A stretch of 63,344 bases of DNA, filler included, from Octopus bimaculoides (GCF_001194135.2; 10 parts of 10 records of this genome joined end to end with filler, not necessarily neighbours in it), one strand, 5' to 3'. Shown: positions 50,996 through 63,344, numbered from the whole stretch's first letter. Notes: generated from the letters alone by a model not told the origin. Translations and numbers: made by a program.

Positions 50996-53540
50996 CTAGC
51001 TAGGAAATTGGTCAGCAGCAAAACAAAAGGGACTTCCGGTAGGAGAAGAAAAACAAAAGAATGGCAACAGTGAGTGCGAAACGAATCTGAGTGAACAAAA
51101 CAGAAATAATTGGCAACTTAAGCCCTGATGTACGTAAAGTAATAAACCTTTGATAAATGTATTCTCGTCTCCACTAGTTTGTTTGCCTATAGCCTACCAA
51201 AGATATATCATCATATTTAATTTACTGCCTGCATCGCCAAAAAGGTTTTGTGCGGTATAGTCATTTATTTATATGATTTATCTAAAAGAAAATACCTATT
51301 GGTTTTCAGTTTCTGTGGTTGATTAGGTACAATAGAATTTTCCCTTGGTACAGTTGTGGCGACGTTCTCCTATTGTAAACTTTGCCTAATCATATTAACA
51401 ACCACATTATAGAATGAAAGCGATATTCTAATGACGGCTGATGATATAACAAAACCAGTTCATGTGCTTTCTGTGGAAGAGCGACAATGTTGAGTGCCAG
51501 TGTTGTAGCAATGTACAAACATGCATAAAATCCATTCTACCTGACCAGGTGCAATCTGTAAAACATAAGAAGAATGGTAATAATTCTACAAGCATAAATC
51601 TAATTTCAAAAGTATTTACAAAAGCTTGCACAAAATATATGACAGTGAAAATTTTTGAAATTAAATATACCGTACATACATGTTGCTATTGTATTCTATC
51701 AGTGAATCTCTAACTTCATCTAATAACGAGTTAGAGTAAAGAGACGTATGTACTTGAAAAAGTCATGTTACATCGAAGAAAAAGCGCGAATCTAATCAAA
51801 GTTGTATTCCTATGGTTTTGTTTGATACGTGGTATAAGCCTCACAAAATTGATGGGTTTGTAAGTGCGGCACACCCCTATAAGTATGAATGGGTGTAAAC
51901 AACTTTTTCTAGGGATAATTACCGCTGTGGCAACAAGATGTAGACGTGTTTATAATGCAACAGATATCTTTTATTAACGAAGAGTAATGATAAAGATAAT
52001 TCCATTAGATATGGGCCACATCGAAGAAATAATACTACTGGTCAATATAAACTGCTCTTCAAGACTACAGAACCACAGAACCGTCTTTTTTTTCTTTCTT
52101 TTTTTTTTTTGGCAAACTATACTACACAAATTCACGAAACTCAACTCCTTCACTGCAATAATCTTCCCTTGTTTAATTTCGGAAAAGTTTGTTGATTTAG
52201 GCATACTACAAATGTAATCTGGATCACGGAGAATACGACAGAGTAGAATATATTCCGAAACAAACACTGCACATAGATATACACAGGGATACACGCATGC
52301 GCAAATAAAGACAGGAATACAAAATGGCAGATCGTCAAGAAGGAGAAACACAAAACAGAAAGAAAGCAAAGGAATACTGACGAGGTCACAGAGGTGTGAC
52401 AGAAAGAATTCTGGCCGAAATACAATTCATATCAAATAAAGCTGAAGCAAATGAACACCAAATATATAGTACCTGTGATCTCATTGGCTAAACTGACAAC
52501 ATGACCATCCCGAAATATAACAATATCTGTTTCAACACACGAATTCACATCCAGAATCTAGTAAAACGAATATATAAACTTTTACATATATATNNNNNNN
52601 NNNNNNNNNNNNNNNNNNNNNNNNNNNNNNNNNNNNNNNNNNNNNNNNNNNNNNNNNNNNNNNNNNNNNNNNNNNNNNNNNNNNNNNNNNNNNNNNNNNN
52701 NNNNNNNNNNNNNNNNNNNNNNNNNNNNNNNNNNNNNNNNNNNNNNNNNNNNNNNNNNNNNNNNNNNNNNNNNNNNNNNNNNNNNNNNNNNNNNNNNNNN
52801 NNNNNNNNNNNNNNNNNNNNNNNNNNNNNNNNNNNNNNNNNNNNNNNNNNNNNNNNNNNNNNNNNNNNNNNNNNNNNNNNNNNNNNNNNNNNNNNNNNNN
52901 NNNNNNNNNNNNNNNNNNNNNNNNNNNNNNNNNNNNNNNNNNNNNNNNNNNNNNNNNNNNNNNNNNNNNNNNNNNNNNNNNNNNNNGTGTGGTATTTGTA
53001 TAGAGACAATATTGTGTACGTAGTTTCTTTTTGAGCATATATAGGGTATGTGTTCTGAAGGGCGTAGAAGTTGGCTGCGTGTAAATCTGTAAGTCGTATG
53101 GTGGATTGAATGCGATTTTTCGTCTTTTCTATAGGATATGGAATTTGTGCGAGCAAATTGTAACAGTAATATATATATATATATATATACATATAAACAT
53201 ATATATGTGTGTGTGTGCGTGTGTGTGTGTATGTATGTATCATTGTATCATGTAGATCTTTGTATAGACAAATGTTTTCCATGATGGCTTTCATGTGCTT
53301 GATAGCATTTAGATGTCTTCTAGCCGTGTGTGCAGCATGAGCTTTATTTGGTTATGGTGAATAGCACTATATCTATTTGTGCCTCGGTTTGTGCGTTTGC
53401 GCATGAGTGTCTGCGCGTGCAGGCGTGTGTCTGTATATACGTGAGCTTACGTTTAGTTTGTGTGTGTATGTGCGTGTTTGTGCCATAAAGCTTGGATGTA
53501 TATCTACGTTTGTAATTATGAGTGTTTGGATTTCTGTCTG

Positions 53541-53572
<32 letters not shown>

Positions 53573-53585
53573 GCTAGCTATCTCC

Positions 53586-53619
<34 letters not shown>

Positions 53620-54485
53620 CAATATATCCCACTTTCGTTCTCTTATTTCTATTTCTCGCTTTAAAGAACTATCTATACATATGCATACATACACCCATGC
53701 CTATATATCTACATGTGTATATGTGTATATATATATATATNNNNNNNNNNNNNNNNNNNNNNNNNNNNNNNNNNNNNNNNNNNNNNNNNNNNNNNNNNNN
53801 NNNNNNNNNNNNNNNNNNNNNNNNNNNNNNNNNNNNNNNNNNNNNNNNNNNNNNNNNNNNNNNNNNNNNNNNNNNNNNNNNNNNNNNNNNNNNNNNNNNN
53901 NNNNNNNNNNNNNNNNNNNNNNNNNNNNNNNNNNNNNNNNNNNNNNNNNNNNNNNNNNNNNNNNNNNNNNNNNNNNNNNNNNNNNNNNNNNNNNNNNNNN
54001 NNNNNNNNNNNNNNNNNNNNNNNNNNNNNNNNNNNNNNNNNNNNNNNNNNNNNNNNNNNNNNNNNNNNNNNNNNNNNNNNNNNNNNNNNNNNNNNNNNNN
54101 NNNNNNNNNNNNNNNNNNNNNNNNNNNNNNNNNNNNNNNNNNNNNNNNNNNNNNNNNNNNNNNNNNNNNNNNNNNNNNNNNNNNNNNNNNNNNNNNNNNN
54201 NNNNNNNNNNNNNNNNNNNNNNNNNNNNNNNNNNNNNNNNNNNNNNNNNNNNNNNNNNNNNNNNNNNNNNNNNNNNNNNNNNNNNNNNNNNNNNNNNNNN
54301 NNNNNNNNNNNNNNNNNNNNNNNNNNNNNNNNNNNNNNNNNNNNNNNNNNNNNNNNNNNNNNNNNNNNNNNNNNNNNNNNNNNNNNNNNNNNNNNNNNNN
54401 NNNNNNNNNNNNNNNTATATACATATGTGTCTTTGTAGATATGAATATGTAGATAACGTGTACATGTAGATACACATATACACAT

Positions 54486-54526
<41 letters not shown>

Positions 54527-55076
54527 AACCCACACACGCTCACATTTACACTAAAGAAAGGTAACAAGGAAGCTGGCTCAAACACGAACATATACAATAC
54601 AAATTCTACAAAGAACATACTGCACTTCATTCAAGCACACACATACACACACACACACACACACACATATATACACACGCCAGATAAGCATAAAACATAG
54701 AGGCTCACACCCCTAGACACATATTCACGAATCATTTAACTACATATACGCACATACTCATACACAAAACACATACACACACACACAAACACACACACAC
54801 ACACAAAGGCATCTATATATTTATATTCAGTGTAGAGCACTCCTTCTCCTGTACCATTGTAAACCCATAGAAATTATATAGAAGTATAATATTACATCAC
54901 TCTCCGTTAAATTGCATTATGTCGTGGTACATATGTGATTATCTAAGTGCGTGACTGTGTGTGTGCGCGTGTGTGTGTGTATGTGTGTATGTGTTTTGTG
55001 AGGTTTAACAATGTAAAGCAGGAGAGTTGGTAATGTATTTGTGTCTCGAAATATATAAACCAACACACACACACAC

Positions 55077-55169
<93 letters not shown>

Positions 55170-56162
55170 CACACAGATATATGTATATACATGTACATTT
55201 NNNNNNNNNNNNNNNNNNNNNNNNNNNNNNNNNNNNNNNNNNNNTTAATTAATTAANNNNNNNNNNNNNNNNNNNNNNNNNNNNNNNNNNNNNNNNNNNN
55301 GATGGCATATTATAATGAAGATAATGGTATTAACAAATGCAGCATACATGACAGTGCCAACTCTGTGTCCGTTGCGATAAAACATTATTCTATTTCTCCT
55401 CCAAACATGCGTGTGCATAACAGAATCCTATTATCAGTTTCATGTACATGATCAAGTTCTCTAACTAACATGTCACTTGCAATATAAATTTTCTTTATTA
55501 TCTTAATGCTGCTTACCTAAAATAATATTTATCTATCAATCTATCTGTCTATATATTTATTTATCCACCAATCAATTTATCTATACACATCTATATACCT
55601 GTATATATATATCTGTCTATCTATCTGTCTATTTATCTTTTTATCTAGCTACCAGAATTTACAGACACACATACACGNNNNNNNNNNTTTATCTTTTTAT
55701 CTAGCTACCAGAATTTACAGACACACATACACGTACACACATGCGCATACAGACACACACTCATACACAAAATCACACACACGAAAACACACACATAATA
55801 ATAGGCATTTATACACGCCACGCACAAGGACGGCTAGTTAGATATAATTTTCTCCAAGAATATTTGCATATATATATGCTTGTGTGTGTGTGTGTGTGTT
55901 AGTATGTATGCATGTATGTATGTATGTATGTATGTATGTATGNNNNNNNNNNGTATGTATGTATGTATGTATGTATGTATGTATGTATTATGTATGTAGG
56001 TGCATATATACAAATTATAACTGCTTACCTAAATAATATCTAGCTATCAATCTCTTTCTCTGTATATCTATCTACCCACCCATCAATTTACTTGTATATC
56101 TCTATTTATATATCTGTGTCTATTTATATATCTGTACATGCAGATATTTATATATCTGCATG

Positions 56163-56194
<32 letters not shown>

Positions 56195-56364
56195 NNNNNN
56201 NNNNTATATATATATATATATATGTGTGTGTGTGCATGTGTGTGTGTGTGTACATATATATATATATACATGCATATATACATACATATAGATATAAATA
56301 TACATATATATACGTGTATACATATATAATGTATATGTACATTATATATACATGTATATACGTG

Positions 56365-56396
<32 letters not shown>

Positions 56397-56804
56397 CATA
56401 TATATAATGTATATAAATGCACAATCTCAGGAATGGCTTGGGTAGATAGATATGAGTGTATGAATATTTGTGTGTATGTGTGTATGTCTGTCTCTGTGTG
56501 TGTGAGAGAGAGAGANNNNNNNNNNNNNNNNNNNNNNNNNNNNNNNNNNNNNNNNNNNNTTAATTAATTAANNNNNNNNNNNNNNNNNNNNNNNNNNNNN
56601 NNNNNNNNNNNNNNNATAAATGAGTATATGCATATATACGTACAGGTATGTGCATACCTACGTCTACCTGTATATATAGGTGCATATCTGGGTACAGGAC
56701 ATTGCAAACAAAACGTAGACAAGAAAATAATAATAACCAGAGTACAGAAAACACACAAGCCACATAGAGAACATTTTCCTTCATCAGCTACCCCCGTTTC
56801 AACA

Positions 56805-56945
56805 CCGGCGTTTCGCCGTCTACTAAATCCACTCACGAGGCTTTGGTCGACCCGAGGCTATAGTAGAAGACACTTGCCCAAGCTGCCACGCAGTGGGACT
56901 GAACCCGGAACCATGTGGTTGGTAAGCAAATTACTTACCACACAC
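56805..56945 (-). mobile_element. SINE family B, 5' half
   Basis: ccgtctactaaatccactcacgaggctttggtcgacccgaggctatagtagaagacacttgcccaag. Confidence 0.9.
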
Positions 56946-56959
56946 CCATATATTGGATA

Positions 56960-57339
56960 AGATAGAGTCAACAAGAAGGAATACGGTTTAACAGGTATTT
57001 TTTAATCACTACACATGTTTCCATACAATATAGTCCTTCATGTATACAGGTATTTGATTATCCGCAACGGTTTACCTGTATAATAGAATCCAGTTGTATT
57101 TCCTCAGGTGATATTCAATTGCTAAATTCAAAGAAGGCGAATGGATGTGTTGGCATCGAAGTCAAAGGTTTCTTTAACTAACGTAGACAGCAATTGAATA
57201 TCACCTGAGTAAATACAACCGGATCCCATTATACAGGTAAACCGTTGCATAATCAAATACCTGTGCATGTATGTATGAAAACATGAGGTGTGATTAAAAA
57301 ATAACTGTCAAACCGTATTCCTTCTTGTCGACTCCATCT
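56960..57339. repeat. Long palindrome: arms 56960-57123 and 57189-57339, 65-nt loop
   Basis: caggtgatattcaattgct / agcaattgaatatcacctg; ggtttacctgtataat / attatacaggtaaacc; aagaaggaatacggttt / aaaccgtattccttctt. Confidence 0.9.
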
Positions 57340-57742
57340 CATTCATTTTTACATTTACACACGACGAATGCCTAAATCTAGACTTGAAAGTCTATCGTAA
57401 TACTACCGGCTTTCAACTTGGAGTACTTGGTGATTTCTTCAACTGCTTTACTCACAACATTCAAGTCATTTGGTGTGGCTACATCAATGATCTGACAGTA
57501 TTTGTCTGATCATCATCATCATCATCATCATCATTATTATTATTATTAAGAGAGTATTGTAGTTCGCTTGAAGCATTGTGTATTGTTTGTAAAGAATAAA
57601 AACTTTAGGAAGGTATAACAATGCACTATAGAACAGAAATGGACTATATACCTGTTGTAACTTGGTAAACTATAGTCCGGGGATATTTAGGAATTAGAAT
57701 TCCTTCTTCAGATCTTAATTTGCTGGAGTCTCTGCTATAAAC

Positions 57743-57776
<34 letters not shown>

Positions 57777-57784
57777 ATCCGAGG

Positions 57785-58166
57785 TTAAGGCGGTGAGCTG
57801 GCAGAATCGTTAGCACACCGGGCGAAATGCCTAACGGTATTTCGTCACGTCTACGTTCTGAGTTCAAATTCTGCCGAGGTTGACTTTGACTTTCACCCTT
57901 TCGGGGTTGATTAAATAAGTACCAGTTATGCGTTGGAGTCGATGTAATTGACTTAATCCCTTCCTCCAAATTTGAGGCCTTGTGCTTCCAGTAGAAAGGA
58001 TTATTATTATCATTATCATTATTATTGTTATTATTATCATTATTATTAGGCGGCGTGCTGGCAAAATCGTTAGCAGGCCGGGGAGAAGAATGCTTAACGG
58101 TATTTTATCTGTCTTTCCGTTCTGAGTTCAAATTCCGCCGAGGTCGACTTTGCCTTTCATCCTTTC
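57785..58166 (+). mobile_element. Two tandem SINE family A copies separated by an (ATT/ATC)n tail
   Basis: taaggcggtgagctggcagaatcgttagcacaccgggcgaaatg at 57785; taggcggcgtgctggcaaaatcgttagc at 58047. Confidence 0.9.
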
Positions 58167-58192
58167 ACACACACAAATACATACGTAAGTAA

Positions 58193-58340
58193 GATGAGCT
58201 TCTTAAAGTTTCCGTCAAGGAAATCAACGCACAAGTCATTTGTCGGCCTAAGGCTATTGTAGAAGACACATGTCCTGCAGTGGAACTGAACGTGAGACCA
58301 TGTGGTTGGCAAGCAAACCTCTTACCACATGGCCACTCTT
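58193..58340 (-). mobile_element. SINE family B, diverged 5' half
   Basis: ggctattgtagaagacacatgtcc...gaccatgtggttggcaagcaaacctcttaccacatggccactc. Confidence 0.75.
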
Positions 58341-58726
58341 GCGGTCAGATGTATGTGTTTATATACACGTATATGTATATATATTTATATGTGTGTGTGT
58401 GTGTGTGTGTAGATACGTGTGCATGGAGAAGTATGCATACACAGATACGTATACACACTCACACACACACACACACATACGCATAACACACACACCCATA
58501 GATATATACATTCATATATTTATACATTTGTATATTGTATACACGCGTATATGTATACATACACACATACACACACATATGTATATATATATATATATGT
58601 GTATTATATATATATATATATATAGGTGTATATATATATATATATACATACATACACACACACATATATATGTATTATGTGTCTATTTATATATATGTAT
58701 ATTATATATACGTGTATATATATGTG

Positions 58727-58785
<59 letters not shown>

Positions 58786-58913
58786 ATGCCTGTATATATA
58801 TATACGTATACATGCAGGCATATACATACATATATATANNNNNNNNNNNNNNNNNNNNNNNNNNNNNNNNNNNNNNNNNNNNNNNNNNNNNNNNNNNNNN
58901 NNNNNNNNNNNNN

Positions 58914-58962
<49 letters not shown>

Positions 58963-59015
58963 ATGCCTGTATGTATGCGTATATATATAGATATAAGTAT
59001 ACATATATATATATG

Positions 59016-59048
<33 letters not shown>

Positions 59049-59404
59049 GTAGATAGATATAGATATATATACGCATGCATGTATGTGTGTATATATATAT
59101 ATGGATATATATATATGGATGTATGTATATTTATATATACATATATATATAAGTGTATATATATATATGTGTGTGTGTGTGTGTATGCATGCATGTATCT
59201 ATGCATGTGTGTATATATATAACCTTGACTGTATAATTTGATGTATATAATATTCGTGTGTATGCGTTTCAGTGTGAGGAACGCATTGAACGCTAGTGAA
59301 AGCTTATACGCACTCTCGTGCTCATACACACACACACACACACACACACTCACACACAATTCACCCACACACACACACGCACGCAGATCTATATACAATA
59401 CGAA

Positions 59405-59700
59405 AACTCTAGAAGCCGTTGCTTCTCCGCTGGATTAATCTGTCCGTCTGAGAGAATCACCAAAAGAAAAATCGATATTCAATGATTGTCTGTGATCAGC
59501 TGACATCGATGCAGCGCCCGGTGTCGGCGGCGGCGGCGGCGGCGCATATGACTGAATGGCGATGGGGCTGGGCGGCTGTTAATTTTGCATCTTCTTATTC
59601 CCTCTTCGCCTCTGTTCCTCATCTTCTCGAATATTCCTCGCTTCACACGCTTTTCTCTGTAGCTCTGTTCTCGCTCTGTATCACTCCATTCCTCCTCCTG
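59405..59700. promoter_or_regulatory. CpG-enriched unique segment with (GGC)6, possible first exon or 5' UTR
   Basis: Locally high GC/CpG (gcagcgcccggtgtcggcggcggcggcggcggcg), strong purine/pyrimidine strand skew, no match to repeat families in the window. Confidence 0.3.
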
Positions 59701-59709
59701 TTTAATATC

Positions 59710-59780
<71 letters not shown>

Positions 59781-61201
59781 NNNNNNNNNNNNNNNNNNNN
59801 NNNNNNNNNNNNNNNNNNNNNNNNTTAATTAATTAANNNNNNNNNNNNNNNNNNNNNNNNNNNNNNNNNNNNNNNNNNNNTTTATATGAAACGCAGGTCG
59901 TTTCTTGCCATTTGCGCCTATGACTTCTCGAAATAGATACGACTAACATAGAATTTCGATTCTAACAAGCATATGTTTTAGTGCGAAACAAAAGCTAAAC
60001 AATAGGTGAAGTTCTGAACAATCGTATGAAAACTAAAGTACATGGAAGACAACTAAAATCCACTCTCATTATCCCTCTGAAAAATTACTTGGTATGTCAG
60101 GTGAAAATACAAAGTAAGTAATTCTTACGTTTCGTTTAGAGACGATATCAAACTGAANNNNNNNNNNNNNNNNNNNNNNNNNNNNNNNNNNNNNNNNNNN
60201 NNNNNNNNNNNNNNNNNNNNNNNNNNNNNNNNNNNNNNNNNNNNNNNNNNNNNNNNNNNNNNNNNNNNNNNNNNNNNNNNNNNNNNNNNNNNNNNNNNNN
60301 NCATATTTCCATAATGCACTAATTGGTAAGACCCACTTAAAAAATTCCAACAGACATAATTTACATTGTTTAATTTAGCTCCCATGTTTCAAATCTCATA
60401 AAAGTCAATTCTTTTTTCATCATATTTGGTTCAATGAAATCAGTAAAGATATGTTATGTTCGGGTCGTTCAAGTGAACATTTTTCTCACCAACCAATTAC
60501 AAAACTTCGACACAGAGATTGTGTGATATTGAGTGAATGAGAGAGAGAGANNNNNNNNNNNNNNNNNNNNNNNNNNNNNNNNNNNNNNNNNNNNNNNNNN
60601 NNNNNNNNNNNNNNNNNNNNNNNNNNNNNNNNNNNNNNNNNNNNNNNNNNNNNNNNNNNNNNNNNNNNNNNNNNNNNNNNNNNNNNNNNNNNNNNNNNNN
60701 NNNNNNNNNNNNNNNNNNNNNNNNNNNNNNNNNNNNNNNNNNNNNNNNNNNNNNNNNNNNNNNNNNNNNNNNNNNNNNNNNNNNNNNNNNNNNNNNNNNN
60801 NNNNNNNNNNNNNNNNNNNNNNNNNNNNNNNNNNNNNNNNNNNNNNNNNNNNNNNNNNNNNNNNNNNNNNNNNNNNNNNNNNNNNNNNNNNNNNNNNNNN
60901 NNNNNNNNNNNNNNNNNNNNNNNNNNNNNNNNNNNNNNNNNNNNNNNNNNNNNNNNNNNNNNNNNNNNNNNNNNNNNNNNNNNNNNNNNNNNNNNNNNNN
61001 NNNNNNNNNNNNNNNNNNNNNNNNNNNNNNNNNNNNNNNNNNNNNNNNNNNNNNNNNNNNNNNNNNNNNNNNNNNNNNNNNNNNNNNNNNNNNNNNNNNN
61101 NNNNNNNNNNNNNNNNNNNNNNNNNNNNNNNNNNNNNNNNNNNNNNNNNNNNNNNNNNNNNNNNNNNNNNNNNNNNNNNNNNNNNNNNNNNNNNNNNNNN
61201 N

Positions 61202-61395
61202 CTTGCCCCAAACCATTACAAGTTGTGGCGACGCGATCAAGTAACGAAAGTGCTACATTGGAAACTGTGCGAAACGTGGGCGCTAGAGAGAAGCAAAACG
61301 TGGTATGAGCAGAGAGTGGCAAAGTCGGAGACTTCTAAATTCTTCTGGGATTTCCCAATTCAAACAGATCAGGTACTTGAGCATAACAGAACTTA
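61202..61395 (+). mobile_element. R4/Dong-like LINE fragment (region leading into the RLE endonuclease)
   Basis: LAPNHYKLWRRDQVTKVLHWKLCETWALERSKTWYEQ...FFWDFPIQTDQVLEHNR. Confidence 0.85.
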
Positions 61396-62294
61396 CCTTA
61401 CAAACAGCCGCTATTGTTGCACTATATCCTTGCAACTCAACAAGAAAGATAAGGTAAGTGGCAGCTACAGAAATGCACAAATTTATTAAAATCTTTGAAG
61501 CCATTAATTTCCACAGATTTCTGAAGTAATGTAAAAAGAAATAATAATATTTCATTTAATGCATAATAACTACAATTTTGTGTACAGGCGATGGTTACTT
61601 GGCATGTAAATGATATATTACGTTTGTATATAGAATGTCTACAGGTGTGGTGTACAGTATTTTAGTCAACACTACTCAATGTACAAACATAATCATCACG
61701 TTACGTAGAATATCTCCCGAGGATATAAAAGAAAGAATCAGCCTGACTACTTTGAATTCTGTGTTGAGATTTCATCAGTGACAGAGCATCTTTTTAGCTC
61801 TCCTCGGAGATACAGTTTAAAATTTAGTTACTACCAANNNNNNNNNNNNNNNNNNNNNNNNNNNNNNNNNNNNNNNNNNNNTTAATTAATTAANNNNNNN
61901 NNNNNNNNNNNNNNNNNNNNNNNNNNNNNNNNNNNNNATTATTATTATTATTATCATCATCATCATCATCATCATCGTCGTCATCATTATCATCATCATT
62001 GTTAATCATCATAATCAATAGTTAACCAATTAACCGATGGATTTCTTGATCATTCGTTTGATGACCAATCAATCAGCTTAGCTATCAAAGACCTTCCTTT
62101 CGCATCCGTCACTCCAACAACACGCTCTTATTTTTCGAAGTCTCTTAAGTTTTTACCGTATTTATACCCTTTGGGAGTTTGTGTGAGTGTGCAAATGAGT
62201 GAATATTTGAGAGAGTGCGCGTGCATGTGCGTGTGTGCGTGATAATGGAACGTACTAGTTTGAAACTCGGTAATGTTAGAAAAATAAAAGAGAG

Positions 62295-62331
62295 TTTGTG
62301 ACGTTTCGAGCATAGCTCTTCCTCAGAAAAA
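62295..62331 (-). ncRNA. Ultra-minimal hammerhead motif, core intact, weak stem I
   Basis: Minus strand: UUUUU-CUGAGGA-A-GAGC-UAU-GCUC-GAAA-CGU-C-ACAAA; palindromic ACGU stem III, GUC triplet. Confidence 0.6.
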
Positions 62332-62394
62332 AGAAAAAAAAGAAACGGAAAAGTTCAGAGAAGGAAAAATATCGCAAACAGCACGTGTGTGGTT

Positions 62395-62560
62395 ACATGG
62401 CTGTGGCCGTATGATAAGAAGCTTGCTTTGCAAACACATGAGTCCTAATTCGGTCCTGCTGCGTGGCACCTTGGACAAGTATCTTCTACTCTAGCCTCGG
62501 GCCGACTAAAGCCTTGTAAGTAGATTTGGTAGGCAGAAACTGAAATAAGTCCGTCGTATA
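62395..62560 (+). mobile_element. SINE family B, 5' half
   Basis: gcgtggcaccttggacaagtatcttctactctagcctcgggccgactaaagccttgtaagtagatttggtaggcagaaactgaaa. Confidence 0.85.
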
Positions 62561-63304
62561 TATTTGTATATGTGTGTGTGTGTGAAATTTGACTGGTGAC
62601 CTCGGTTGTTGTTGCTGTCGCCACCTGTGGTTCTTTCCACCTTCAGAGGCAGAGACAAATAGGGTTTGGTAAGAAACTGAAGAGAGAAAGAAACTTCCCT
62701 CGAAGGGAGAGAATCAGGGAGAATTTTATTATTTTTTTATATATACTTATTTTATTAATCGAGTAGATATAACTCATTCTCATTTTTCTGTTTGGTTGTC
62801 CTAGTAGCTGCAAGTAAATACAGATAAATTTATTTCGCTCTAAATTTAGGGCTAGTCAATATACCGCAACTTGGCATAACACTGCCCGGTCATTTAAAAT
62901 ATTTATAAACAATATAAACGATCAACTTCGTTTTCTTTCTTATCTTTCTTTTTAATAGTAGAGTAAAGAGGTGAGAGAGGGAGGGCATTAAAAGCCCCCG
63001 AGTCACCTACTAATGAGGTTACCATTAACATTAACATTATACAGAGTACGATCGATATTTTCTATTTTGCTTTTAACAGTTGAGGAGAGCTTGACTGATA
63101 GAGAATCTCTTACGTATTTAAGACTTCATTCTGGGAGCCTTTCTAGGGTCTTAGTTTATTTCTCTCATTTATCATTGTTTTTTTTCTCTTCCAGTATATA
63201 TTCACCTTGTTTGTTAGTTCTTCATGTAGATACGATTACCGTTTTCTCTCTCTCTTTCTCTCTCTACACACACACATACGCACGCACACATACACACACA
63301 CACG

Positions 63305-63336
<32 letters not shown>

Positions 63337-63344
63337 TGTATGTA

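Noticed and set aside
55630-55735. Exact ~47-bp duplication on either side of a 10-N gap
   Set aside because: Typical unmerged contig overlap (assembly artefact); the same probably applies to 35016-35040/35414-35440.
12-59398. Dozens of ORFs rich in YI/HT/CV/LS/RE dipeptides or X runs
   Set aside because: They are translations of microsatellites and N gaps, which lack stop codons; no coding signal.
61588-61644. Possible 57-nt exon (tacag|GCG...CAG|gtgtgg)
   Set aside because: Weak pyrimidine tract and donor, and the peptide is unrecognisable; chance matches of this quality are common.

Overview
AT-rich eukaryotic, non-coding-looking DNA from a gapped draft assembly. Roughly 8 kb is N, and nine artificial TTAATTAATTAA linkers mark scaffold joins. 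The microsatellite load and the three recurring tRNA-headed SINE families (labelled A, B, C here) suggest an octopus or other coleoid cephalopod; this is an inference. No protein-coding gene can be confidently called: almost every ORF in the track is a microsatellite or N-gap artefact. Supportable content: about 25 SINE copies, decayed LINEs (two RTE-like, two R4/Dong-like), a Tc1/mariner relic plus a MITE sharing its terminus, a MULE transposase relic, a hAT MITE with target duplication, fold-back elements, a possible Gypsy protease relic, a dispersed 28S rRNA fragment and several degenerate minisatellites. The most interesting signal is a set of minimal type-I hammerhead ribozyme motifs of the kind known from Penelope-like elements. 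One at 15982-16068 (minus strand) has an intact catalytic core; four near-intact or variant copies also lie on the minus strand. Also notable: a 380-bp palindrome, a diverged local duplication with codon-like substitution skew, and a few low-confidence exon or promoter candidates. Coordinates were counted by hand and may be off by a few bases.
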